A program made the translations under genes and the position numbers. From positions 1 to 58,049 of the forward strand of contig CAWAPJ010000002.1 of the NCBI GenBank assembly GCA_963783885.1: a stretch of DNA of 58,049 nt. The letters run 5' to 3'. Numbering within the stretch: position 1 is the first letter of the stretch; the number at the start of each line of letters is the position of its first letter. Origin of the DNA: Waddliaceae bacterium (GTDB taxonomy: Bacteria > Chlamydiota > Chlamydiia > Chlamydiales > SLFE01). The notes under the pieces are model-generated. The model was given only the letters and a program-made list of their open reading frames with translations, ran no database searches and had not been told where the DNA came from. This document shows positions 9,940-20,122 of this stretch, in pieces.

Positions 9940-12414
9940 TTGATGACAATTGCGGACTGTTTCGTTCATCAACAAAAAATTTTAAATGATCTAACAGCTT
10001 CACTGTGCGACTTAAATTCTGATAAAAAAATCGTTGACAGCAGAATAAAAAGGATCATTCGGGAATTTCAAATTTTTGAAACAATTTATCTCGACTGGGA
10101 AACTTGTCTGATTGGATTAAATGATACTTCTAATGATCTGCAGCGTGTGTGTTTTTTGGTATTAGCTCATAGCAAGCTGGCTTTGTCAAAGGAACAGAAT
10201 GTGATTTTGTTAAAACTTTTTACATCCATTGGAAACAATACAAAGTGGACAAAATTATTATTTGTTAATCTAAAAGATTATCATGATATTTATCTTCAAA
10301 ATTATCAATCATCGTCATTAGATGAGAATACTTTGCAAAATTTTCTCACAGATAGCAGAACGTTGTCTCGACTCAGTTTACTTTTTTCAGAACAAATCAT
10401 TCGGATAAAAAAAAAATTTTCAGGCCGAGTTTTTAATGACAAATGTATTCAGCATATGTGCGATATGCGCCCACTAGCCATTTTTTGGAATACAGATCCC
10501 CTGACTGATCTTGCAGGTACATTTAAAATTGATGCTTCAAACATTTACCGCAAGTCCCTCGTTAGTTATTTTCAAACATCAGATAGCATAACAGCTCTTG
10601 CCTCTTACCGTTTTGCCAACCAAGTCCTCATTTCAAAATGCTTGGAAGTGATACAAAAAAATAACAGGAAAAAAGAAAACAGCCTTTTAAGCCGCTATAT
10701 TCTTTCTGTTTCTGAAGAGGTTTATAATCATTGCTACCGAGCAATCAAAGCCACCCCACTTCCGACTAGATCGCTTGGGAATGTTTTAAAGAACGAGGCC
10801 AGACAAGTCTTTTTGTTTGGAATCGGGACTCAAGAGCATCTTTCCTTAAAGGAAATCAAATATCAAAAACAACTGGCCGATTGCGGATATAACATGAGGG
10901 ACAAACTTTCGGAATGTCTCAGTCGCATTCGAGTGAGTTCAAGTAAAAATTGGCTGAATGAAATTGGTTGTGAAATCCGGGAATTTATCAAATGGGCAGA
11001 TGAGTATCCTCACCTAGCTGAAGAGATCACAGTCTCTATTGCGCTTGCCTTGTCAAGATTGGAATCGGACAATTTTTTTACTCCCATCAAAGGAGCCTTG
11101 AAAGCGAAGCTCATTGTCCATGCATTTTTAGGCGGTCTTGGAGAGGAAAAAAAATATTCCTTCGATCCAAACAGCCGGTATTTACATTTTCTGGCGATTA
11201 GAGACTTTTGCTCTTATCTTCCTGAAATCATCTCTATTGTCAAGTCATGCGGCGATATTACGGGGAGTACGCTCTTTGATTTAGTGAATGCTGCGGGAAA
11301 ATTTTATCAAACCAGAATGCAGAAAAGAATTATTAAACAGATACCTTATAACTGGACAGCTGAAGCCATTTCTCTGATCAATATTATTCGGGGGGATTCG
11401 TTTTATGAGCTTCTCCAAAGCAATGCTGAAATGCAGATGATCAAATTTGCCGGAACCTTCAGAAAAGCTGTGTTAAATCCTCGAAAGCTTTGGAAATATC
11501 TGAAACTCGAATTTTTTAAATGGTGGATTCCTCTCAAAAAGTCAGAGGGATTTGAAAGGTTCTGTCGATCGCTCATCCATATAGGACTTCCCGCAGTTTC
11601 CGCAGGAGCGGTTATCGGAGCTTTTACTCTTACAGGAATTTTATCTGCTTTGAGTCTGTCGCTTGGCATTTTGACACTATCACTTGTTTTCTACCGAATT
11701 TCTCGAAGTCTTTTGGATAAACACTATCATGTGAATTCAGACTTTGATTCCCGCAAAGAATTTAGTCTTGATGAACTGAAAAATGACGAAACATCTTTTC
11801 AAGTATTTCAAACGAAAATACATAATTTTCTTGATAACGCACGAAGAACATATGCTCTTATGCAGGCGGCAGAAGTCAATCCCAATCCCGCTGTCCAACA
11901 TTGGTTTGAAAATCATTCATCAGAGATTCAAGGGCTTGCAGAGGATCTCCTCGATCTCCTCGATCAGGAAGAAAACACAACAATTCAGGAAATTTTCAAC
12001 AGCTTCAACAAAACCTTGCAGCCTGAAACTTTGAGAACTCAACTCAAGAAGCTTTATCCGCAATTATTCGAAGGATTAAAAAAGGATTCGCCGCTTGCAA
12101 AAGAGTATCTGGCTCATAATCTCATCAAACGTCTCGAACAGCAGTGGCTCATTCCCAAGGTAACAGCTTTTTTCACCGATTGCTATGCCAAAAATTTCGC
12201 ACTTAATAGCACCAATCGAGATAAGAATCTCAATCGAAAATTAAATAATCAATTAGAGGAGTGCGCACCCCTGCTGCAAAAAGACCGTTGGTCTAATGCC
12301 GAAGTCAAAAACATAGTAAAAAAATTAGCTGTGCATGAACCGAGTCTTCGAAAAGGTTCACTCCTTGTCGAAACAACCGAGGATATGATTGATCACATTT
12401 TTCCTAGATTTTAA
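9940..12414 (+). CDS. Large hypothetical protein (824 aa), AT-rich, with internal bilobed hydrophobic domain
   Basis: Long uninterrupted ORF; hydrophobic block LIHIGLPAV...LSLVFY; no recognised family. Confidence 0.7.
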   Translation: MMTIADCFVHQQKILNDLTASLCDLNSDKKIVDSRIKRIIREFQIFETIYLDWETCLIGLNDTSNDLQRVCFLVLAHSKLALSKEQNVILLKLFTSIGNNTKWTKLLFVNLKDYHDIYLQNYQSSSLDENTLQNFLTDSRTLSRLSLLFSEQIIRIKKKFSGRVFNDKCIQHMCDMRPLAIFWNTDPLTDLAGTFKIDASNIYRKSLVSYFQTSDSITALASYRFANQVLISKCLEVIQKNNRKKENSLLSRYILSVSEEVYNHCYRAIKATPLPTRSLGNVLKNEARQVFLFGIGTQEHLSLKEIKYQKQLADCGYNMRDKLSECLSRIRVSSSKNWLNEIGCEIREFIKWADEYPHLAEEITVSIALALSRLESDNFFTPIKGALKAKLIVHAFLGGLGEEKKYSFDPNSRYLHFLAIRDFCSYLPEIISIVKSCGDITGSTLFDLVNAAGKFYQTRMQKRIIKQIPYNWTAEAISLINIIRGDSFYELLQSNAEMQMIKFAGTFRKAVLNPRKLWKYLKLEFFKWWIPLKKSEGFERFCRSLIHIGLPAVSAGAVIGAFTLTGILSALSLSLGILTLSLVFYRISRSLLDKHYHVNSDFDSRKEFSLDELKNDETSFQVFQTKIHNFLDNARRTYALMQAAEVNPNPAVQHWFENHSSEIQGLAEDLLDLLDQEENTTIQEIFNSFNKTLQPETLRTQLKKLYPQLFEGLKKDSPLAKEYLAHNLIKRLEQQWLIPKVTAFFTDCYAKNFALNSTNRDKNLNRKLNNQLEECAPLLQKDRWSNAEVKNIVKKLAVHEPSLRKGSLLVETTEDMIDHIFPRF

Positions 12415-12563
12415 TCTGTACTGATGAACCTAATACTCAACAAAAATCTTACTTTGTAAGGAATGCGCATACAAACCGAATGAATCAAGAAACAAGTACA
12501 AGCAGAACCTCTCTTCACATACCGATGATGTTTTATCCGAACTCTATGGAGCCGATTTATAAT

Positions 12564-12948
12564 TTATTGTTGTTGATTAGGTTTATCAAAGGGGCTATGT
12601 ATTTGGACATCGGGAATTTGGACATCGGGAATTTTGTGGCTGGGGATTCTATTGCTGGGGATTTTGATATCCGGAATAGGATGGCTGGGAATTCTGATAC
12701 TAGGAATTGGATAGCTGGGGATTTTGATATCCGGGATGGGATGGCTGGGAATGCGGACGCTAGGAATGCTGTAACTTGGAATTTTGACATCCGGAATCTT
12801 ATAATCTGGAATCCGGTTGCTTGGAGTCAGGGCTGCCAAGGTGAGGGTTTTGAATGAACTTGATGAGGGCATCATCTTTAGCCCCTGTGACGCATAGGGA
12901 CACCCCGGTGAAAACGATAACCAGGCATTTTAAGACTTTATTATACAT
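12564..12948 (-). CDS. Small, possibly secreted IPxxx pentapeptide-repeat protein; apparent +1 frameshift near 12882-12885
   Basis: AGGA RBS and ATG at 12948 give a signal-like MYNKVLKCLVIVFTGVSLCVTG. Removing one base at the G4 run joins it to the IP-repeat ORF 12564-12875. Confidence 0.55.
12601..12825. repeat. 15 tandem degenerate 15-bp repeats encoding IP(S/D)xx, with a 60-bp higher-order period
   Basis: Units such as atttggacatcggga, attttgatatccgga, ataggatggctggga. Confidence 0.9.
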
Positions 12949-13479
12949 ATGATTTATCCTCTTATTACAAATATTATTATATCATAAAAGTAATAATATA
13001 ATCACAATAATAAGCTTAAGTAATTTAAGTTCAAGCAATTACATTTCAGACAAGATCAAGCAATATAAGTCTCTGAATCTAATTGAGATAAATTCCGAGT
13101 AATGCTAACCTATTGTGCAATTAACTTTTGTTAATGACTAAAAGGAGAAGAATTTATGAATAATGTAGTTCGCACAACGCCTATGGAGAAATCATATAGG
13201 GCAGACACAAGAAGATTATTAGATTTAGAACAAAAGCCCATTTTGCCAGCAGTAGAAATAGCACATGACTTTCCAATGTCTCGAAATGAGTACAAACCAA
13301 TTTCAGTGGGAAAAACACTTTGCTGAGCTAAACAGCTTAATTCAATCAGATAATCCAATAAAACACTTAAGAATGATATAAAAATAATTGATCTTAAATC
13401 ACCAACTTCTATCTTAATTCAGCGCAAGGTTGTCTCTTTAAGTGGAAAATACTTACTCAAAGGTACCACAAATAACTGG

Positions 13480-13920
13480 TTGAATCCTCCCAAAAAAAGT
13501 AATGAAGCCACAAAGGAAAAACCTTCGGGAATAATTAGAAAAAGTAAAAGATATGTGTGCAAAGCGATCTCTTTCTGCGATCAATCTGTAAGACTCAGTG
13601 CTCGGGTAATCTATGGCATTGCAGTTGGTATCTTGATTGCTCCAATAGGAATTGCTTATCATTCGGCAAAGACTTTTCAACATGGAGTTTTCCCAAAGAA
13701 ACACGGGGGCGATACCGAATTGGCCCTAGATCATTTGCAAGCGCTCATTCGTGATATCGGATATTTTGTTTTAACTTTGGGAGGCTTTGCGGCTCCATAT
13801 GCGTATGGTTTCCTACCCGAAGAGGTGACAGCAATTCTTCATCCCTCCGATGAACAGGAAAATCTTGAAGAATCATTGTTCAACAGAAAATATCCTATCG
13901 ACAATACAGTCCAATCATAG
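13480..13920 (+). CDS. Hypothetical protein with hydrophobic segments
   Basis: 146-aa ORF followed by a hairpin at ~13933-13970; true start uncertain. Confidence 0.5.
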   Translation: MNPPKKSNEATKEKPSGIIRKSKRYVCKAISFCDQSVRLSARVIYGIAVGILIAPIGIAYHSAKTFQHGVFPKKHGGDTELALDHLQALIRDIGYFVLTLGGFAAPYAYGFLPEEVTAILHPSDEQENLEESLFNRKYPIDNTVQS

Positions 13921-13998
13921 AATATGATTTTTCTTCTCGCCCATACACTTCATTTTTTCGGGCGAGAGGATTCATTTTGAGTTTCTACTAAAAAATTT

Positions 13999-14027
13999 TT
14001 GACAGACAAAAACCGAATCGGTAATAT
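13999..14027 (+). promoter_or_regulatory. sigma66/sigma70-type promoter
   Basis: TTGACA-N17-TAATAT. Confidence 0.5.
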
Positions 14028-14288
14028 CCCTAACTTAAATAATCCCCCTAGCACTTTTTTCCGTGTAAATGAAAAATTTTCTCCGTAAACTTTTAGTCTC
14101 AATATCATACCAATGAGGCTAACCTATGACCATTCTCATTAGAAATTCCCTTTGTGCTGTCTCACAATCTGTAAAATCTAATCACTTCCTAGAGCGTCTC
14201 ACAGCGGATTAGGGCCACAATCAGGGTTTAAGAAATACACTTTTGTATATAATAATTAAGAAATATCTAAGCTATAAAGGAGATTAAT

Positions 14289-15422
14289 TTGAAAATTGTC
14301 GTTGCAGGCGGCGGGGCTGCCGGGTTTTTTGCGGCCATTGCAGCGAAGGAGACCTATCCGCACGCTGCAGTTATTCTACTCGAACGCGCAGCTAAGCTTT
14401 TAAGCAAAGTCCGTATTTCCGGTGGTGGAAGATGCAACGTCACCCATGCTTGTTTCGACCCGAAAGAGCTTGTTAAAAATTATCCGAGAGGCTTTAAAGA
14501 ACTTTTAGGGCCATTTCACCGTTTTCAACCAGCAGACACAGTCCAATGGTTTTCAGACAGGGGCGTCGAGCTAAAGACTGAAGATGATGGACGGATGTTT
14601 CCCATCACCGATTCTTCAGAGACCATTATTGACTGCTTGCTAGCGGAAGCCAATCGACTTGGGGTTATCATCCGGCTGCAAACGAAATTCAGCCTAAATG
14701 AAATGAAAGCTGATCGGATGATCCTTGCCACAGGCAGCGCTAAAGGCGGCTTTGACATCGCTTCAAAGCTTGGACACACAATTCAACCGCCGGTCCCGTC
14801 GCTTTTCACCTTTAATATTCCTAATTTTCAGTTAGAATCAATAGCAGGGGTTTCCGTCGACAGCGTCCGTTTGAGTCTAGAAGGAAGTAAACTCTTCCAA
14901 GAAGGTCCCATGCTCATTACGCATTGGGGATTTAGCGGTCCTGCAGCCTTGAAACTGTCTGCTTTCGGGGCGCGCTTCCTTGCTGAAAAAAACTATGAGA
15001 TTGGACTTTGCGTAGACTGGCTTCCTAATTTTTCAGTTGATGAATTAATGGCGCTTTTGGCGCTTGAAAATTCAACAAAAAAGCTGGGAAATATCAAATC
15101 AATACCGCTGCCGAAAAGACTGTGGAAGCTTCTATGCGGAAGGGAAAATCAGCTTTTAAGCGGCATGAGCAAACCTGCAATGCGCAAACTGTTCGAAAAG
15201 CTAAAGTCTGATCGGTACCAAGTAAAGGGGAAAACAACGAATAAAGAAGAGTTTGTCACTTGCGGCGGTGTGACATTGTCCGAGATTAATTTTAAAACTA
15301 TGGAGAGTAAGATCTATCCAGGACTCTATTTCTGCGGAGAAATCCTTGATATCGATGGAGTTACCGGCGGCTTTAACTTCCAAAACGCCTGGACTACAGG
15401 ATGGATCGCAGGGACAGCTTAG
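14289..15422 (+). CDS. HI0933/YhiN (BaiN) family FAD-dependent oxidoreductase
   Basis: GGGAAG, KVRISGGGRCNVT, VTCGGV, GEILDIDGVTGGFNFQNAW. Confidence 0.93.
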   Translation: MKIVVAGGGAAGFFAAIAAKETYPHAAVILLERAAKLLSKVRISGGGRCNVTHACFDPKELVKNYPRGFKELLGPFHRFQPADTVQWFSDRGVELKTEDDGRMFPITDSSETIIDCLLAEANRLGVIIRLQTKFSLNEMKADRMILATGSAKGGFDIASKLGHTIQPPVPSLFTFNIPNFQLESIAGVSVDSVRLSLEGSKLFQEGPMLITHWGFSGPAALKLSAFGARFLAEKNYEIGLCVDWLPNFSVDELMALLALENSTKKLGNIKSIPLPKRLWKLLCGRENQLLSGMSKPAMRKLFEKLKSDRYQVKGKTTNKEEFVTCGGVTLSEINFKTMESKIYPGLYFCGEILDIDGVTGGFNFQNAWTTGWIAGTA

Positions 15423-15425
15423 AGA

Positions 15426-16367
15426 CTAACTCCTAATCTTCCAGCAACGGTGAATATTTTTCTTATTAAAATCTTCAGGGATCGTTCTATCGGATATCTC
15501 TTCGACCCTGCACAAGGGAAAAGCCCCTTCGTCAAAGGCAAATCTTCTATAATTAGTGCTGAAATAAATGACACCATCCTTTTCAAGCAGCCTCAGCGCC
15601 AAAGTGATCAAGTTAACGTAATCCTTTTGAACATCAAACATTTCATTCATACGCTTTGATCGAGAAATTGTGGGCGGGTCAATCACAATAATGTCATATT
15701 TTTTAACTTCATGCTCAAGAAACCGCATACAGTCATCCCTGATAATGGGATTATCCTTAGCAGGGAGATGGTTCAATTCAAAATTATCACGTCCCCAGGA
15801 GGTATAAGTATTTGACATGTCGACACTTTTTGTATAAACCGCCCCGGAAGCTGCAGCATGAACACTAAAAGAGCAGGTATAGGCAAATAGATTAAGAAGT
15901 CTTTTTCCCTTAGCCGCTGAGGCGACTATTCTTCTAGTCGTACGATGGTCGAGAAATAAACCGGTATCTAAATAGTCTTTGAGGTTAATTTTAAACTTGA
16001 CGCCATGTTCGTGAGCAGTAAAAAACTCTTTATCTTCACCTCTTTTTTCGTACTGCTGCAGTTTGCGTCGACGGATCCTTGAGCGCGAGTAGATTTGACA
16101 ATCACCAAATAAAGAGGTGAGAACTTCATCCACTTCGGAGGTGTCTAATTCGTCATCGCCGCGGCCTGAGGAGAAGTGTTGCACGCAAAACCGGCCGGCG
16201 TAAATATCGATGGCCAAAGGATATTCTTTAATATCTCGGTCATAGATTCGAAAACAGTCTGTGTCCGTCCGTTTAGCCCACTTGCGAAGATGCCTGTAGT
16301 TTTTCCGGATGCGATTTTTAAGCGGCGAGCTTTTATCCTCTCCATCGCTTATATGAGGTAAAATCAT
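15426..16367 (-). CDS. Class I SAM-dependent rRNA methyltransferase (RlmK/RlmI-like)
   Basis: NRIRKN, FRIYDRDIKEY, YLDTGLFLDHR, LNLFAYT, VDMSNTY, DPPT; resembles the RlmK half of RlmKL. Confidence 0.88.
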   Translation of the reverse strand: MILPHISDGEDKSSPLKNRIRKNYRHLRKWAKRTDTDCFRIYDRDIKEYPLAIDIYAGRFCVQHFSSGRGDDELDTSEVDEVLTSLFGDCQIYSRSRIRRRKLQQYEKRGEDKEFFTAHEHGVKFKINLKDYLDTGLFLDHRTTRRIVASAAKGKRLLNLFAYTCSFSVHAAASGAVYTKSVDMSNTYTSWGRDNFELNHLPAKDNPIIRDDCMRFLEHEVKKYDIIVIDPPTISRSKRMNEMFDVQKDYVNLITLALRLLEKDGVIYFSTNYRRFAFDEGAFPLCRVEEISDRTIPEDFNKKNIHRCWKIRS

Positions 16368-16501
16368 GATGTATATGGATTTATAATACGTTTTATTGAT
16401 GATTGAAATCAATGTATGAAAAATCATTGGTTGAAGCGCGGGAAAAAATCTGTTATCAAAATGCCAAAATAATCCTGAAAATCTAATGATATTAGATCAG
16501 A

Positions 16502-16864
16502 GTCCAAGTTCGTAAGGTCTCCTTAGGCTGGGCGAAGCTGATCGCGTGCATCTATGAAGTCAATCCTCTCCTTTGTAAATGCGGCCAAGAGACGTTGCCT
16601 TTGTGACCCGCACCGCTGATATAAGAAGGTTCTTAAGCGGCATTGGCTGGTCCACCAAGATCCCAGAGTTTGATCCTGGGTATGACTTTCCCGATCGGGA
16701 AAGGTTCAAGTAACAGTAGAAAAAGGTCCAGATCCTCCTTTCCTAAGAAGATTGACTTTGAAGATGATCCTCTGAATAAATCAACCGCTTTAAGGTAGCG
16801 GGACTATTCCTTTCAGAATTTCGGTTGGACTTTTACCAACTAAATTCCATTCATGCCAAGCGCA
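16502..16864 (+). mobile_element. IS91-family (Y2 HUH) transposase 3' remnant plus terminal structure
   Basis: Frameshifted fragment WAKLIACIYEVNPLLCKCGQE / VAFVTRTADIRRFLSGIG resembles the IS91-type C-terminal WA.LI.R.YE.DPL.C..CG motif; hairpin end GGTTGGACTTTTACCAAC...CATGCCAAGCGCA. Confidence 0.65.
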
Positions 16865-17204
16865 GCTCGGTAAGCTCTAAAGAGCTTATTATTTGTTACG
16901 TAAGTTCAATCGCTAACATCACTTGACGAACGAGATTAGGTTACAATCAAGGGTTAAATAGTCTGGCTATTAAATTTTTAATTTGCTAAAAGTTGTTTTA
17001 TTTCTTGATACTTTTCGCCCTTTAGTGGTAATATTTGCTATTAATGTTGTTCATCCGCACGGTTTAGAACAAATATTTCATTTTAAAAAGGCGCGCTTTC
17101 GATCAGCGCCTATACTCTTTTCAGTATACCCCGACACTAAGTAACATGTGCCTGGATCGATCATAAGTGAAAACTTTTGCAGGGGCAGTTTTGGAGAATT
17201 TTGT

Positions 17205-18461
17205 ATGTCATTTGATACTCTCGGCTTATCGGCCGAACTCATTCTAGCTGTTACCGAACAGGGCTATAGCAATCCCACCCCGATCCAACGTCAGGCTATT
17301 CCTGTCATACTTAAGGGCTTAGATGTTTTGGGCGGTGCTGAAACCGGTACGGGAAAAACCGCCGGGTTTACCCTGCCGCTGCTGCATTGTTTAAATAAAA
17401 AAGTAGTGAGCAAAGGATGCTCTTCACCGCGCGCACTGATCTTAACGCCAACACGAGAACTTGCTGCCCAGGTGCATGAGAGCGTCAGGATTTATGGTAA
17501 GTATCTACCCTTGAAATCCACTGTCATTTTTGGTGGAGTCAATATTAATTCCCAGATTGCAAAACTTAAAAAGGGCGTTGACATCCTTGTAGCTACACCT
17601 GGACGTTTGCTTGATCATGTCAGTCAAAAAACCGTAGATCTTTCAAAAGTCGAAATCCTAGTGCTAGATGAAGCCGATCGAATGCTGGATATGGGTTTTA
17701 TTCACGATGTGCGGAAAATTATCAGACTGCTCCCTAGAAAAAGGCAGAATCTGCTTTTTTCGGCAACATTCTCAATTGAAATAAAAAAACTTGCAGACGA
17801 CTTTCTAAATTCTCCGGTAATGATCGAAGTAGCTCGAAAAAACATGGCATCAGAACATATAAAGCAGCTGATACATCCTGTTGACCGCAAGCTAAAACCT
17901 GAGCTGTTATCTCATCTGATTCGTACTGGAAACTGGAAACAAGCGCTAGTCTTCACTCGCACAAAACACGGTGCAAATCGTTTAACAAAGCAACTTGAAA
18001 AAGATGGGATCAGCGCTGTCGCCATCCATGGCAACAAAAGCCAAGCGGCCCGCACTAAAGCGCTAACGAGTTTCAAAAATGGGCTAGTGCGTATACTTGT
18101 TGCAACTGACATTGCAGCTCGAGGCTTAGATATCGATCAATTGCCGCATGTTGTCAACTTCGAGTTGCCGAATGTTCCTGAAGATTATGTGCATCGCATA
18201 GGCCGTACCGGCCGTGCCGGCAATAGCGGTGAGGCCATATCATTGGTCTGTATCGATGAACACAAACTTCTAAAGGATATAGAACACTTGACCAAACTCA
18301 AATTGCCAAAGGTTGTAATTTCCGGGTTTGAACCTGACCTAACGATTAAAGCTGAACCTATTCAAAAAATGCGCAAAGGCCGTTCTACTAAAAATCGCAG
18401 CTTCTTCGGCAAAGCAAAAGGAAAGCATCCATACAAGTCAATGAGATTGAAAAAAATCTAA
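17205..18461 (+). CDS. rhlE: DEAD-box RNA helicase RhlE
   Basis: Q motif, [29 protein letters not shown]-terminal GFEPD typical of RhlE; RBS GGAG upstream. Confidence 0.92.
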   Translation: MSFDTLGLSAELILAVTEQGYSNPTPIQRQAIPVILKGLDVLGGAETGTGKTAGFTLPLLHCLNKKVVSKGCSSPRALILTPTRELAAQVHESVRIYGKYLPLKSTVIFGGVNINSQIAKLKKGVDILVATPGRLLDHVSQKTVDLSKVEILVLDEADRMLDMGFIHDVRKIIRLLPRKRQNLLFSATFSIEIKKLADDFLNSPVMIEVARKNMASEHIKQLIHPVDRKLKPELLSHLIRTGNWKQALVFTRTKHGANRLTKQLEKDGISAVAIHGNKSQAARTKALTSFKNGLVRILVATDIAARGLDIDQLPHVVNFELPNVPEDYVHRIGRTGRAGNSGEAISLVCIDEHKLLKDIEHLTKLKLPKVVISGFEPDLTIKAEPIQKMRKGRSTKNRSFFGKAKGKHPYKSMRLKKI

Positions 18462-18676
18462 TTCCGCAGTCTCATAATGATTGAAATGGTTAAAATAGTT
18501 AACAATTAATCATCCTCAACGAAGGTCTCTGGAATTGATAACTCTTCTTTTTTTTCTTTTAACCTGCTCCCGTGCATAGCGTCAATTTCAGAAACTTGTT
18601 CCCTATCCTCTTGAGATAGATTCTTATGTTTAATAAGACTCATACGAAATGACTGGTTTTCTTTAAGGCAAAAGGG

Positions 18677-19467
18677 GGTAGTCCTAAACTTGTAATGCTT
18701 TTCTCTGGTTATAGTCACATATAAAATATTTTATCATGCCAATGTGGTTCTCACTAGCCTTGAGCATCGCTGCCCGAGCGTGTTATTAAATCTCTCAATG
18801 TAGCTTGTCTTACCTGACTCCTTTCCGACTGGGCGATGTTGTTCCCAAGGAAGGACTTCGTAGTAGATTGAGAACTTATCCGTATAAAAGACGGCTTTTT
18901 TTTTAAGTCCTCGGGGAGCTTCGCTAATAAGGATTCTGCTGCTTGCTTATTTCTTTTTCCTACATGCATAGCTAATACCTGTCGTGTACCTGAATGAAAT
19001 GCGAGCCAAAGCCATATTGGATTTTTTTTCTTTCCTACATAGCTCCACTGTTCATCAAGCTCAAGTAGAGTTTGAGATAGCTACCTCAAACTCTTCTTCT
19101 CCAGTTACATCCGCATTCAAATCTTCTGGAAGATCTTCGATTATTCTGTTCATAAAATTCAAAAGCCAGGGCATGCTGACGTCAAAGATTCTACAAATAC
19201 CTTCGAGAGAAACGTGTTCAAGCAATGCCTGTCTTACTCTTGATTTTGTCTCATCTGATATTATTTTTTGCAGAGGATCGATGACGAATTGCCTTCCACA
19301 AGACAAACACCTATGATTTTGCTTTCCACTGTGAATATGGCCGTTCTTTTTGATACTGGTGGATTTACAGTTAGGACAAGTGGGTGTCATTTGGGTCCTC
19401 CATTCGTTTTAGAAACAAAGGAAAACGCACAAGGAAATCAATGTCAATTCAAAAATTGAGCATTACA
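18677..19467 (-). mobile_element. Degenerate IS1-family element (insA/insB)
   Basis: CPNCKS...KKNG...GKQNHRCLSCGRQF; DEQWSYVG; A8G slippery site near 18897-18904; IERFN...QRCSRLV with an internal deletion; imperfect IRs GGTAGTCCTAAA / TGTAATGCTCAA; extra frameshift near 19070. Confidence 0.88.
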
Positions 19468-19908
19468 TGTTATGGACCACCCGCTCCTGCATATGATCTT
19501 AAATCAGTTCCAACAGCTACCAGTGATTCTGTTATATTTGATAAGGAATTAAATCAAGATATTTTGAAGATCTTTCAAGAGACTGGATGTACTTTATTGT
19601 TGGGAGATGGTGCAGGTTTAAATTATCTCTCCACAGACAAAAAAATCACTAAAATTTTAGAAGAATTAAAAAATTCATAAAATTCTTGATAGGGCCGTGA
19701 TAACCTATCTCGGAGCTTCATTAAGGAGCCAAAGCTGAATTTCGGATTGTTTTACGGCCTTGTTCACTTCTTTGGCTAGTTTTCGGTCGACTGCGAGGCC
19801 CCATCTGACGATCGATTGCTTCTCGGCAATAGCTAAAGCTATTCCCTTGTCGCAATCGTCACTTCCCGTGAAATAGTGTGGGAAAATTCTCCTCAAAGGC
19901 TTTTCTTT

Positions 19909-20070
19909 AACTCGACTTTATGATTTTTATCGTCTCGCTGGCTTCAGAGAGAACACTGATCTTTAAATTATTTTCACGGATTAGGTAATTTACCTGAATC
20001 CGTGAAAATAATTTAAAGCTGAGCGCCCTCTCTATTGCCATCAAATCGATAAAAATCATAAAGTCGAGTT
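19909..20070. repeat. 162-bp palindromic element upstream of the respiratory operon
   Basis: 24-bp perfect terminal IR AACTCGACTTTATGATTTTTATCG (19909-19932 / 20047-20070); 22-bp inner stem 19961-19982 / 19997-20018. Confidence 0.9.
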
Positions 20071-20122
20071 TAAAAAATGTCTGGTTTCTGTTACTTTTTT
20101 CCTTCAGTGGGGGAATTGTCGC

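Noticed and set aside
12601-12825. 15-bp repeats as a CRISPR array or iterons
   Set aside because: Degeneracy follows codon positions of an IPxxx peptide; no spacers or rep gene.
12480-12857. Plus-strand ORF over the 15-bp repeats
   Set aside because: Probably the antisense shadow; the minus frame has the invariant Ile-Pro pattern plus an RBS and signal-like start.
19705-19896. 63-aa minus-strand ORF next to the palindrome
   Set aside because: No recognisable motif or clear RBS; at most a gene fragment.
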